Source of the DNA: Moniliella sp. 'wahieum'
Lineage: Eukaryota
Length of the DNA stretch: 64,000 nt
Assembly (NCBI GenBank): GCA_003971905.1
Contig: RSEE01000006.1
Coordinates: 248,001 to 312,000 of the forward strand
Direction of reading: 5' to 3'
Shown here: positions 49,281-61,318 of the stretch, one piece after another
How positions within the stretch are numbered: the stretch's first letter is position 1
Layout of the letters: the number at the start of each line of letters is the position of its first letter
Notes under the pieces: model-generated
What the model was told of the DNA's origin: nothing
The model's input: the letters and a program-made list of their open reading frames with translations, nothing else
Database searches by the model: none
Translations under genes and position numbers: made by a program

Positions 49281-50672
49281 ATGGAGCCAGAGTACGAGAA
49301 CCACGGCAACGCGGCTCAGGATCACTCTGAGCAGGATGAGGTGGACGATGCTGCACCTTTCCGGCCAGAGGATGTTGAGGAGGTGGTGGAGCTAGACGAC
49401 GCCGAGCCCATGTCCGACGACGACGATGCTGCCCCCGCCTGGCCGGGGAGCAAATCGAATTCCCCGACACGTCCATTGCTGCGTTCCATGGCCATGGTGA
49501 CAAGTCCATGTTCACTCTCTCGCTTCACCCTCGCTTCCCCTCGCCTCCTCTTGCCATTTCTGGTGGCGAGGACGATGCGGGCTGGATTTGGTCGACGTTT
49601 GACGGGACGCCACTAGTGCGGCTCAGTGGACACACCGACTCGGTGGTGGCTGCTGCATTCTCTTCCGATGGAAAATTTGCTGCGACGGGTGGGATGGATG
49701 GTCAGGTGCGAGTGTGGTCGCAGGTAGGCGACTCGGTGGAGCGTTGGACGTTTGCTCATTCCTTTACGGGGCCCGATGAGGTGGTTTGGATCGCCTGGCA
49801 TCCTACTGCCCCAATTCTTGCCGCGGGCGCGACCGATTCACAGTGTGGATGTGGAACGTCCCCGCGGTGGCCACATGGGCACGTTTATTGGCCACACAGC
49901 AGCTGTCACCTGCGGCTGTTGGTTGCCCGATGGTACGTCCTTCTCTTTCGTGCGATAATGAGAAGAAGCTAATAATTTCTATCAGGTCGTCGGTTGGTGA
50001 CCGCATCCGAGGATGGATCGTTGATTGTATGGAACCCGCAGGTGCAGTCTGCGCTCGCCAAGCTGCAGGACACGGACCCACGCTTCAAGCTTCCCGGTGG
50101 TATCACCTCCCTCCGGGCCGCCGCCGATATGGGACGGTAGTGGTGGGTTCGGCCACCGGGGAAGTGAGGGTGGTGAGCCTTGCCCGAGCGGATGTGGAAG
50201 GTGTTTTGTCGGTCGTTGCCTCGCTCGAGGGCCATACATCCGGAGAGAGTGTAGAGGCCATCCAATTCATTCACCTCGGCCTTGTGCCAGAAGGGGTGCA
50301 AACACCTCCCTCGGGGCTGGTGACGGGAGCTTCGGATGGCCAAGTGCACATTTGGGATTTGACTACGGGCAAGGTGCGAACCACTGTATCTCATGAGGAC
50401 TCGATCACCTCCATCGCGGTGCATGGGGCGACGCCATACTTTACGACAACAGCCATGGACGGCCAGGTCAAGACGTGGGATGCGCGGTCAGGCGAGCAGC
50501 TGGCGGCACACCTGGGCTTTACAGCAGGTGTGCTGGCCGTGGCGGTGGGGCGGGACGATGGCTTGACCAGGGCGCCGACACAGGGGGTGTGGGTGCGTAT
50601 GCGACCCCTGGCCATGGATGGAAGGTCATCGCCGGTGGCGATGAGGGGGTGGGCCTGGTGTTCCGCTTCTAA
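49281..50672 (+). CDS. SQT1: Sqt1/AAMP-like WD40 chaperone of uL16; intron 49933-49985
   Basis: Acidic N-terminus, AISGGEDDAGWIW, GHTDSVVAAAFSSDGKFAATGGMDGQVRVW, EVVWIAWHP, C-terminal IAGGDEGVGLVFRF. Confidence 0.85.
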
Positions 50673-50930
50673 AAGGCGGGAAATGACATGCTGGCACCAA
50701 AGCAAGGGGAGGATAGAAGCGTAGTGTGGCTCGTCATCGGTTGGTAGCAAGTAATAGCCTCGCAAGCAGCAGGCGCGCCACACAACCCTACCGCTGCGCC
50801 TGATTGCTGCAATGTTAAAGCTGCCGCCGCAGATGGGCGCGGAGGCGGTCGGAGGGAGACGGGCAGCTCCATCTCCAGCCCATCCCCTCCCCTCATCTGC
50901 CTTGGCCGCCGCCTCGCCCGCAGGAGCAGG

Positions 50931-52218
50931 ATGAACAAGTTCAGCAACCTCCCTGACATCGACACTGCCCCTGACGTGTACGAGACAGAGGATGTGCCGT
51001 CGGCTCCTGAGCCGCCTCTCCACGAACCCTCCCTGCCCGCTGACATCAATGTCCTCCATATTTCGCCCGCCCAGGCCGCATCTGCTTTCCGGCAAGCCCG
51101 CTGGGGCCCAAGCGACTTTAGTGGTACGCTGCGTACACGAGAACGGGTGCGAGTGCGACCCGCGGTCGCGGTACCAGCCCCGGGCAAAAGGCACGTCGCA
51201 TTGCTCGCTTACGCGCCGAAATCGACACTCTCCGCCCGCGACGGCGATGGGGACGAAGACCAAAAGGAGATCGAGGCGCTATACCGGGCTCTTGCCCGAG
51301 CGGAAGGGAAATCTGCCTCGCACAAGTTACCTCGGCCATCCGAACTCCCTGTTGGCAAGCAACAACGTTGGAACGAGCGCACCCAACAGCTGCTCAACTC
51401 GGTCGCCCACTCCCCCGCGCCTGCTCCTGCTGTCCAGCCACCTGCCCATGCAACCGCCCAAACGGTGGAGGCAAGTCAAATAGAGGCTCAACTCACTCAG
51501 CTCGAGCGCGCTGTGGGTAGCACCCCCGGGAACATATCAGTCGAGGGCTTTGGTCCTGCTCTGTCCGTGGGCGAAGGACTAGCCCCCACTCTCGACAAGA
51601 TTGAGCACTGGCTCACGCTCCTGTCGCAGCCCAAGCACAGCGATGCAGTGGTGCGCCGGATCAAAGTTCTCAGCACCGAATTGGACCGGTGCATGAGGCT
51701 AGCCGTCGCACTGCCCCTTTGGCCGGGTCGCTCGGCCCCGCCCCTGTAGGCAGCGCAATGGCCACGGGTGTCCCGCGCGGTAATCTGGCCCACAGCGTGC
51801 AGGCGACCGACGGTTCGGCTAAGCCTCTTGCCGAGGGTCCAGACGCGGCAACGGCAGCCGCCCAGGTTTCGCGCCTCTGGCGTGTTCAGAGTGCCCTTGA
51901 GCCCATCCTGCCCATTGCAGCACCGCTGTTGACGCGCATGCGTGCCTTGGCTGCCCTTCACGATCAAGCAGCCACCTTTGCCCCGCGCCTGGGGTCAAGT
52001 CCGAAGCGGACCGACTGGCCAAAGCGCAGCAAACTACCCGCTCGTCCCTTGCGGATGTGAACAAGGAGGTGACGGATTTGTTGAGCAAGATGGATGAGTT
52101 AGCCGGCTTGGATCAACGTCTAAACCTCCTCTCTGCTCAGTTGAGCCAATGGGAGGGGCGGAGTGCCGCACGTCCCGCCGCCGCTGAGCCAGCCGAAGGA
52201 CAAGTGGTGTACGAATAG
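50931..52218 (+). CDS. Dynactin p50/dynamitin subunit
   Basis: Characteristic start MNKFSNLPDIDTAPDVYETED, LTQLERAVG, LTLLSQPKH, LEPILPIAAPLLTRMRALAALH, coiled-coil C-terminus. Confidence 0.85.
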
Positions 52219-52449
52219 ATCAGTCTAAGAGAATAGCTTACACCGTGTTGATGGATCTCTTCACCCTGTAGCCTCGCAGAACGTACTGTCGAACGAAGCA
52301 TATATACACTCTGCGGGACAAAGCACACACACACCCAGCTAACATGAAACATGCCCGACCTCACCCGGAGATACATTTGGAATATGGCGTTCTACCAAAA
52401 CGGGCAAGCAGCCGTGCTCATCACCAGTGAAAGGGCAAAGCGGGAAGTT

Positions 52450-55400
52450 CTAGGGGGCAAGTGAACGCACCAACGATGCCACATACGTTCGTGGTGCCTT
52501 GATCGCCAATACTCGCTTGCCATTTTGCCCCAGCTCGCCGCGCAACAAGCGCGTTTGATCGGCCTCTGACAGGGACAGGAAACGCTTCAGCAAGTTGTAG
52601 TCTAGCACGCCCATAGGACTCGGGTTCGGGTAGCGCCACTGGGCATACGTCTTGTTGCCGATGTGCGGCATCTGGGCCAGCGCATATTCCAATGCGCGCA
52701 GCAGCACCGTCCCTTCGCCATCCACTTTGCTCAGCATGCCCAGCGCCCCGCCAGCAGTGGAAAACAGGCTCAAGGTTTTGGTTTCCATCCACTCCAGCGG
52801 GAAAAGCGACCGAGGACCGAACTCGCGCACTTGTTTGCGCATGGCATGGGTATCTTGCAGCTCAATCTGAAGGCGGGAAAGGGTCCCCGTCAAAGTGTCA
52901 ACTTGCATCTCATCCAAGTCCATGTCACCCAGCGCAAACTGGGCCGGGCGCGGTAAAGAGTACTTGGAGTGAAGGAGAGGAAGGTCTATGTAGCATGCAC
53001 AAGTCAGTCCTCCGTTAAGTGGGTCCTCTGAGGTTACCAAAGCACGTACCTCGGGCAAAGGTGTTGACCACGTCGCCGTAGTTAAATCGGGAGATGTGCT
53101 GCACCGTCGAGTCGAACACCATGTTCTCCTCCAACGCACGCTGCCCGCGGTACTGCCAGCAATCGCGGCTATATGGCAGTTTCGGGCGGCACAAAGGGAT
53201 CTCCTCAAACTTGGCTTTTACGGGGCGGTGCGAGAGCAGCAGATTTCCCTCTGCATCCGAGGAAACGTACGTCTGCGTAAACAAGTCGGCGTGGCCCACT
53301 GCATTGGTCCATACGGGCTGGGAATCGGTAGCTTCTTGCGCAAGGAACCTGCCGACTCTACCCGCAGCACCGTCAACGACCGCATTGCGTCCCCGACCAA
53401 CACAGCAGTTGTATCCGCGTCATTCTCTCTCGATATCGTGGTCATAACCGTGGCTTCCATGCGAGCTTTGAGAAAACATTTCGTCCTCGTCGATCTCCGA
53501 GTCGTCCGACATGTCCTCAAAAGAGTACATATCTGACGTACGGCATTCGCCCGCAAGAATACGTCGGTATCGCCGCTTGGCCGCTCGGACACGAGTGGAA
53601 TGGATGTCTTCGTCGGATATGTCCGGACGTTTGTTGGACCGACTGTTGGTGTAAATGGGTGAGAGGCTGGTGGCCAGATAAGACGAGTACCATTTCCCCC
53701 GCACGACGGTCTGTTGCCACTATGCACCAGGATCGAGGAAACAGCGCCGTTGTGCGCGACCAACAGGTTTGTTCCCACTTGCGTCAGGGCAAACACGTTT
53801 CCCTCGATTGCATGACTGAACACAGAGGCATTCCGCCAATAAGGACCTTGGAAGGTAAGAAAGTGAGCCGGCCCTCAGTCACTTCGGTTTGGTGGGGGCG
53901 CATAAGGCCGTACCCACCACCAGATACCGTTCACCCGCTAGGCCTTTGAAGCGCAAAAGGGCATTGGGCCGCTCCCGGTGCCAAAGGAATCACCGTCGAG
54001 GGGGTAGTAATGTCACCATACCGGTTGGGCTGGAACAAACGCACGCTGCCATGAGGTCCTCCCGTTGGACGGGGTTTGAACGGTTTGTCGATCCGCTGTG
54101 GATGAGGCTGGGGTCGCCCTCGATCGGTGGGTTTCCGGATCGTGAGCCAAAGCGGAGGAAAGGCCAAGTACCGACAGCCAGCCCCTCGTCGGTGTATTGG
54201 AGACACACTGGTTGATTGTCGCCCAATGGCAATGTGTGCACACTCCATGGCTCTACATTACCCCACCGGATAAAGACACAACAGTCCGTGGTAAAGATCG
54301 CTGCCACTGGATCAACCTCGTTGGACACCATCGTAGCATATTCGGCTTCGGAATCGACCGCGTGGACATTGAGTGCCGGCACACCCGTCCAGCCTTGGTC
54401 GTTCACCGTGGGAGGGTGCGAGGCCAGGGTGAGCATATGCGGCGATAGGTCGGTTTGACCAATAAACACTCCACTTCTCCCGCCCGGAAGAAGGAGTGAG
54501 CTCAATTGGACCTCACGCTTTCCGATTGGGACTGAGGTCCAGTACGCACTCGCTTCCTCCAAGCAGGGAAGGCCAGGTGCAGCGGGGCGTAGTGTACCAT
54601 CCCATCCGGCCCGGCCGTGAGGAGAACAAGACCATTGCCGTCCTGAAACTGATGTAGCAGCAGGCTCGTTGGCCGCATAGGTGTACAATCTAGCGGGCAA
54701 TCGTCCGCGTCATCCACATAATTCATGGAGACACGTGAAGGCGGAGCGAGGAAAAAGTCACGAACGTGGGGTGGCGTCCTGTCTTCGCCCGCCGCAAAGT
54801 TGATGATCTTTACTTGTTCCGTCTCAGCCCATGTGCCGATGACCACCAGGCCTTCCTCTTGACCTGGAGGAGAGAGAGCGAGGGCACTGACGGGAGCAGA
54901 TGTGAGGGAGGCCACTGGGACAAATCCCTCTTGCCAAGTCCATTTCAGAGTCTGCACTTGGGACTGATACCGGGAATCGGCACCGCTTGAGGCCAACACG
55001 ATCCGCCCATCTTCACTGACAGTGGCGACCGAGACGTACGCTTGCGATCCAAAGGGCATGTAACTCTGGAGCACCGCTGGCTTCCTCGTTGAAATGCTGT
55101 CCACGTCCACCACGCAGACCAGCTTCCGAGTCACGAGCATGGCCAATTGCTGATCGGGGTGATCAGGATGCGAGTTTGGCTGAAGCTGAGCAACCGTGAG
55201 GAAGGGATCGGCCCCCAAAGGTCCCATGAACGGGGTCACGTTGCGCGCCCCATCCGTGCCAAGGAGGAACCAGGCAGCAATCCCTTGAGTGTTGCGCACG
55301 AGAATCTTCTCCGGCTTTGATTGGTGCAAGAGCCACTGCTGCCTACTCGGTTGGTCGGTAAAGTCCACTCGGTAAATAGGGAGGACCGAAAGGCCACGCC

Positions 55401-57053
55401 GGATGGTACGAATGGACCCGGACGATTCCGTACCGGAAGCGGTGATGATCCGCTCCATGTCAAATCCCTTCCTATAGGCTCGGCCACTTTTGCCCGTGGG
55501 CTCTTCTCGTGACCCCGCCACGGTCATATCTATCACCGGACCAATCTGGGGCCAGCGCTGCACTACTGTGCACGTATACTTCTCGAGGGAAGTGCCAGCC
55601 TTTTGCTTCCCCTTTGTTGCAGGTGTAGGTGTAAGGGGTGCAATCGCAAGCTGCACCACCATCACATCTCCCGATACAGAAGCATGTGGACAAACCCGTC
55701 TCCCAAATGCGTAAGGCCATCGGGACCGCGGGTTTGCTCCCACTTCCTGCCCACGAGACATCCATCGAACGTACTTGGCCCGTCCATATGAAGGCGAATA
55801 ATATAAAGGTCTCCCGCACGACTGGAGAAGACAACGTGCCCTGGAGCAGTCCCCAGATCAAGCGGAGTGGCAGCAACGACCTGCACTGGAGAGCTGAGGG
55901 CTGCCTTGATCACTGTTGGCTTTTGCTGGCCGCGGCCGCTAGGATCTTTCCCTTTCCCACCCCGTTTCCGTTCTTTCGCGTGCAGGAGAAGAGGAATGTC
56001 CCTCGGGAGGCGAGACGTACAACACGGCCGATTCCGTAAATACTGCAACTCCGCCGCCCATTTCAAGTGGAGGGATAGGACCAAGTGGGCGGTCAGCGCT
56101 TCAGAGCGTTCCAGAGGTACATGCGCCTCGTTCCATGCCACTTGTTCGGGATCCAGCGGGGCAGGTTCTTTGCCCTTGTTCTTCTGGGACTGGTTCCCAT
56201 TCTTTGGCTTGAATCCGGCCATTAGTGATTCCTTTGGGCCGGACATGTTGGGGACTCCTCGAGCGAGCCACCCCAGCGTTCAGGAACAACAATGGCGCTC
56301 GCGTCTTTTTTGGATTTGCCTTCCTCAGGACGAAGAGTGATGAAGAAGAGGACAGGCAGGCCTTGTGGTCCAGTGCCAATGGGATTGTCGTCAATGCGAG
56401 AGGAAATGCCAAGCACCGCGTACATCGCCGGTTCCTCCAGAGAAGAGCGGTAGAGCGGAGTAATGGAGATCACATCCGCATGGGGAAAGGCGAACTCGAC
56501 TTTGCCCTCGGGTCCCAGCAATCGGTCGGATCCCAGTTGGAGCGGCAGGAAACGCAAGATGCGCGATCGGGTGTAGACGGCCACGTGGGCATGGTCATGG
56601 GCGGCATTCCCACCACGCAGGGAATAAGGTTCCTGTCGATCCACATGCCCACCGCTGATTGCGCCGGCACTGACGAGGCAAGCTGAGGTCGACATTGGAT
56701 TGGACGTTGAACCGGTAGCCAGTCGGCACTTCCGCCCGCTCGGCTGTCACGACCAAGATGCTCCTCCCCTGGGTCGACGAGGAGAAGCAGAGCGCTGCTG
56801 GCCATGCCGGGGCCCAAGACCGGACGGAAGGAGATTATGGAGCCAACGACGGGGATTGTCGTGACGAGGGAGAGAAGCGCAGGAGCAGGGTCGGCGGGAG
56901 TGGGGCGGGGGGACAGAGCATCGGGCAGGGCCAGCAGATCGATCTGGTCTTTTTTGGCCACGGCCAGGACGGCGGGGCGGCCGGCAGGAAGTCGAGCACG
57001 ACGGCGGACGAGTGCGCCGCCTGGGACTCGAACACATCAGCTACCACGAACAT
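52450..57053 (-). CDS. DDB1: DDB1-family triple beta-propeller (CUL4 adaptor; MMS1_N/CPSF_A domains); intron 52986-53049; frameshifted
   Basis: LAVAKKDQIDL, QIGPVIDM, IITASGTESSGSIRTIRRG, VLVGDAMRSLTVL, SDAEGNL, SRFNYGDVVNTFARG, FSTAGGALG, GVLDYNLLKRFL. Confidence 0.8.
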
Positions 57054-57271
57054 GGCGGGTAGGGGGCGAAGGAGAGGGGCGGCGGTGGAAACGGCGGATG
57101 GGCGTGTGCACCTCCGCTGGAAGGTGTCCAGTGCCCGACGGTTGCGGTGCCGGTCAGACAGGCGGTTGCGTATTATGTCAGCGGCGCTGGATGGTGGGCG
57201 TCGCTGCTGGGGCCATGGGAGGCGGGTGGATGGGCTTTATCGCGCTCCCTCGCTCCTCCCGGCCCACCACC

Positions 57272-57797
57272 ATGTCCACCACCGTCGACATCCCCGAGTC
57301 GGTCAAGGCTGAGCTCAAGAAGTTCCGCTACCGCAAAGCCAGTGCTGGCGATACCGCTGTGGTGCTCAAGATCGACAAGAAGACCCTCACGCTCGACATT
57401 GAGGATACACTGGATGGTGTTACGCCTGACGAGCTTGCGGAGGAGCTACCCGAGGTACGTTTTCCGTTTTGGGTGCACTAACTGCCGACACTGACCGCAT
57501 TCAAGAACTCGCCGCGCTTCGTCGTATACTCTTACAAACTCAACCACAAGGACGGGCGTGTATCTTTTGTATGTCCTATTTCCTTGGTCATGACGCATAG
57601 CTGACGCCAAGCAGCCTCTGGTGCTGATCAACTGGCAACCGACCACGTCGCCTGTGGCGCTGTCGACGCTGTACGCATCGGCCTTGTCCCAGTTCGCGAC
57701 TACGTCCGACGTTCACAAGGTGGTGGATGTACGTGGGGAAGAAGACGCCGAGGCGCTGTTGACGAAAGAGGGGTTGGACCAGAAACTGGGAGCGTAA
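57272..57797 (+). CDS. GMF: Glia maturation factor / Aim7 (ADF-H domain); introns 57455-57505 and 57569-57614
   Basis: Spliced product MSTTVDIPESVKAELKKFRYRK...ELAEELPE|NSPRFVVYSYKLNHKDGRVSF|PLVLINWQP...STLYASA...KLGA* is intact. Confidence 0.93.
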
Positions 57798-57922
57798 AGG
57801 GCAATCTACAGCACAACTTTTCCTTGTGATTTCTCAGATTAGAAGGGGGCAGAGCGTGCATTTACATTCACTACCTTTGCCCGGCCAGGGGAAGCGGAGA
57901 AAAAAAGGTATGACGCTATGTC

Positions 57923-58998
57923 TTAGGGAGCCGAAAGCGCTGTCCCAACCAGTCGAGTTAGCAAAAGTCAGGGAAGGGGGACAGAAAGACGCACCCAATT
58001 CAAGGAACTGTTGGTACGACAGCGTTGCAGACCCGCGCCGCTCAGGATCGTACTTCTGGAAGCCCTGGGTAAGGGAGCGGATGGCGACGCACGTGCGAAC
58101 AAAATGATCAAAAGTGATGCCCTGCTGGGCCGAGGCGCCAGCAGGTCCATTCTTCGCGTACTTGGCTACAACCAGGTGCAGCAGCTGCGGCGAGAGGAAG
58201 AAACCAAATTTGTTCAACGCATTGCCCAGCTCGGCTGGTCAATAGCCCCACTGCCATCGCGGTCCGACTGGCGGAAATAGCTTGCCATTGTTCGATATAC
58301 CTGCATCCGAGTCGTGGTTAGCCGGTGTCGAACGAGGCGAGAAGAGAGAGGGAACATACTGGAAAAGGCTGACAAACTCTTGGAACGACAGCACCCCCGA
58401 CCGATCCGCATCGTGCATCGTCAGAAGAAGCTTGACCGTGTCCAAGTCAAACGGGCTCCAGTCACCGTTGACAAGCGCCTGTTGCAGCTCCGTTGCACCA
58501 ATCGTCCCACTGTGGTCTCGGTCGACTGCAGAAAACCAGCCCCTGCGACAAGTTAGCTGGGTGGTACAAGAGAAGGAAAGTCGACAGAGACATACCAGAG
58601 CTTAGGGTCGGCGCCGGGAGGAGGACCGGATTGCGCATTAAACACCTGCGGACGACCAGCTGGAGACGGAAAGAGGGGTTAGGGCCGAACATACCGCACT
58701 CGTTCGCGCGGAGCGTGTACAAGAGTTGAACTTACCACCATAGCCTGAAGGGGCTCCATAACCTTGAGTTTGCGAAGGAGCACCGTAGCCTTGAGTGGGC
58801 GGGGGAGCGCCATAGCCTTGTTGTTGCGGAGCGCCATAGCCCTGCTGTTGCGGAGCGCCGTAGCCCTGTGTGCGGAGCGCCATAGCCCTGTTGTTGCGGG
58901 GCGCCATAGCCCTGCTGCTGCGGGGCGCCGTAGCCCTGTTGCGGCGCACCGCCATAGCCGCCGTAGCCCTGAGGAGCACCGTAGCCGCCGTAGCTCAT
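57923..58998 (-). CDS. PEF1: Penta-EF-hand protein (Pef1/peflin/ALG-2 family); introns 57940-57994, 58301-58359, 58543-58595, 58660-58735
   Basis: Gly/Pro/Tyr-rich N-terminus, PPPGADPKLW|GWFSAVDRDHSGTI..ELQQALVNGDW, DADRSGVLSFQEF, ITFDHFVRTC, LTQGFQKYDPER. Confidence 0.93.
58740..58995 (-). repeat. Coding ~24-bp minisatellite encoding (GYGAPQQQ)n
   Basis: About 9 imperfect units in the PEF1 N-terminus. Confidence 0.9.
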
Positions 58999-59398
58999 GA
59001 GGATGGAGGCAGTTGGTGGGGAGGGGTAGGCACCACGCGCTCCGAATCAGACGAGTGCTGGCCTGGCTTGGACGAGGGGCTGCGGGGCGCTGCCTTCTCG
59101 TGCCCAGCACAACGTCTACAGCGCGCCGCCAGCCTTATCACGCATCACGCCACAGCATTGATTGATGGTCCATGGCTACTGGACACGTACGTCCACCGGA
59201 TGGAAGCACGTGACTGGGCATGGCATCCAACTTCCATTTCAGATTTCAGATTGAGCTGCAATCTGTTCTTGCATCTGATCTCGGATCTACGCTCTGGAGG
59301 CAAGAAGGCATCCAGGCATGCCTCCTGCTCTTTCTGCCGGCAGACACCTCGTCACACGCTATATAACAGCACACTCCCATTGTAACATACACGGAATT

Positions 59399-61200
59399 TT
59401 ACGCATGGCCGTCGCTGCGACCGAGGCATGCTCGAGGAGGACGTAGGTGGATGGTCTGGGGACAGGGCGGGGGAAGGGGGCCGCGACGACGAAGGCAAAG
59501 CCGAGACGATGGCAATGGCAATGGCGATGCGGACGACAAGGGGACGGAGGAAGCAGGGTGCGGATGCGTATGCGGCTCGCCCAGTTCCGGTACGAGACCT
59601 TGATGATCAATCGGTTCGAGCAACACGCGGACCTCCTTGACGCCCTTGACCGAATCGATACAGGCCTGCTGCACTGCGCTCTGCACCTCCCACGCGCGCT
59701 GCAAGCAAATTTCACCCGCCAACTGCAGACGCAGATCCACAAACGTCGACACACCGCTCCTGGTCGCACGCAAATCGTGCCATCCCTTGACCAGAGCGTT
59801 CTCGGGCTGCCGCGCCACCCGCGCCACGGCCTCTTCCAACGAGCTCAGCACTGGTTGGGGTACGCTGCGGTCCGACAACTCGGCCATCGAAACCAGGAAC
59901 AGGTCAAACCCTTGCTTGCCAATCAACCCGGCCACCAACAGCCTCCGAGCGGATCCAGGACAGGGAACCCGGCCCACGATCCAAAGATGCAAGCGCCGTG
60001 ATGCCGCTGGAAAGCGAGTCGGAGCGATGGTGCATCGCATTGGCCTCGAGCACATTCGAGTTCTCCTCCTTGCCACCTTGAGCGTCGCATAGTACAACCA
60101 CTCTTTCACGCCAATGCTGGCCAGGGCAAACCAGATAGCACGTGGGTCAGCACTCCGTGCTCGTGCCCGTGCGCATGGTCGTGCGCTGCGATTGAGGCCA
60201 GGTCGCCAGTGAAGAACCAACGCCTGCAATGCCGCTGGTGCATGCTCAATGGTGGGCAAATGGCATCAAGCAAGAGGGTGTAACTGTGTGCCCCAATGCC
60301 CACTGCGCCAGCGACGAGCGAAAGGGACACGCCCAGCGATCCAAACGTTTCGTACTTGCCATACCCGTGCGGGTACATCTCGTTCGGAGGCCGTTGCGAT
60401 AGTTTCCAGAAAAACAGCGTGGCCACATCGGCAAACATATCGCTCATCGAGTGACCTGCATCGGCCAGCAACGCAGCCGAGTGCAGATACAACCCTGCCA
60501 CCCCCTTGGCTGCACAGAGCACCACATTCGAAAGCAGGCCCAGCAACGTAATCCGCGATCCTCGATCTTGGCTCCCCTTGAGAGCACCCAGAAGCTGATC
60601 TGCCTCTGCATCCGAGGGTGCATGGTGGTGGTGGTGCATCAATCCGCTCAGACCTGAATGATGGTGGTGGTCATGGCCATGGTCATGGGTCATGGTCATG
60701 GTCATGGCCATGTTCGTGTGCGTGTTCGAGGCTGTGACCGTGTTTGTGGCTGGGGCCATGGCCATCGTCAAGGCCAGGTGACGCAGAGATAGGAGCAGGC
60801 TTGAGTGACGTGGTAGGCTCCACATCCAGCTCCAGGCGGGGGTGGATTCCGTGTGAGATGGTGGCGGAAGCGTGCGGGACGGAGTGAGGGGATGGGCATG
60901 GGCCAAGGCATTGACAGTGGCGGCCGGGAAGAGACCAAAGAGCCCTCCCGAGGCGGTGGGGCGACCACGGTCGACGACCGAGCGCACCAACGACGAGGAA
61001 GACGAGCTGAGCGCGTCGTGGCGGACCAGGCGGGGCGGGCCGTCGCGTCGGTAGACGGGCGGTGGGGGGACGTCCTTCTCCCGCGTGGGGACGGGGCAGG
61101 GGCGGTGGCCGGCGGATGGTGGGTGGACTTGGCCCGGAGGGAGAGAGGGGAGGCGTGTGTGTCTGTGGATGCGGCAGAAGGTGGGGGCTGGCCTGAGCAT
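59399..61200 (-). CDS. MMT1: Mmt1/Mmt2-like mitochondrial cation diffusion facilitator; ends approximate
   Basis: Basic presequence-like start, His-rich tract, DRGSRITLLGL, SAALLADAGHSMSD, YPHGYGKYE, ASIGVKEWLY, ANAMHHRSD, C-terminal dimerisation domain. Confidence 0.9.
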
Positions 61201-61318
61201 GGCGGGCGGTGGCGGTGGGAAGGCGGGCGCGTGATGGGACGGGTGGTCCCCCAGCGCCCAGCTCGCTCGCTCGCGACTGGCCCGGCCCGGTGCGCATCAT
61301 TGTGTTGTGAGAAGCCAA

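Noticed and set aside
57455..57505. AAG 3' splice site in GMF intron 1 as non-canonical splicing
   Set aside because: It is still GT-AG with a normal branch point. AAG acceptors are a known minor class in fungi.
58740..58995. Regularly spaced ~24-bp repeats resembling a CRISPR array
   Set aside because: Coding GYGAPQQQ repeats of Pef1, with no unique spacers, in a eukaryotic context.
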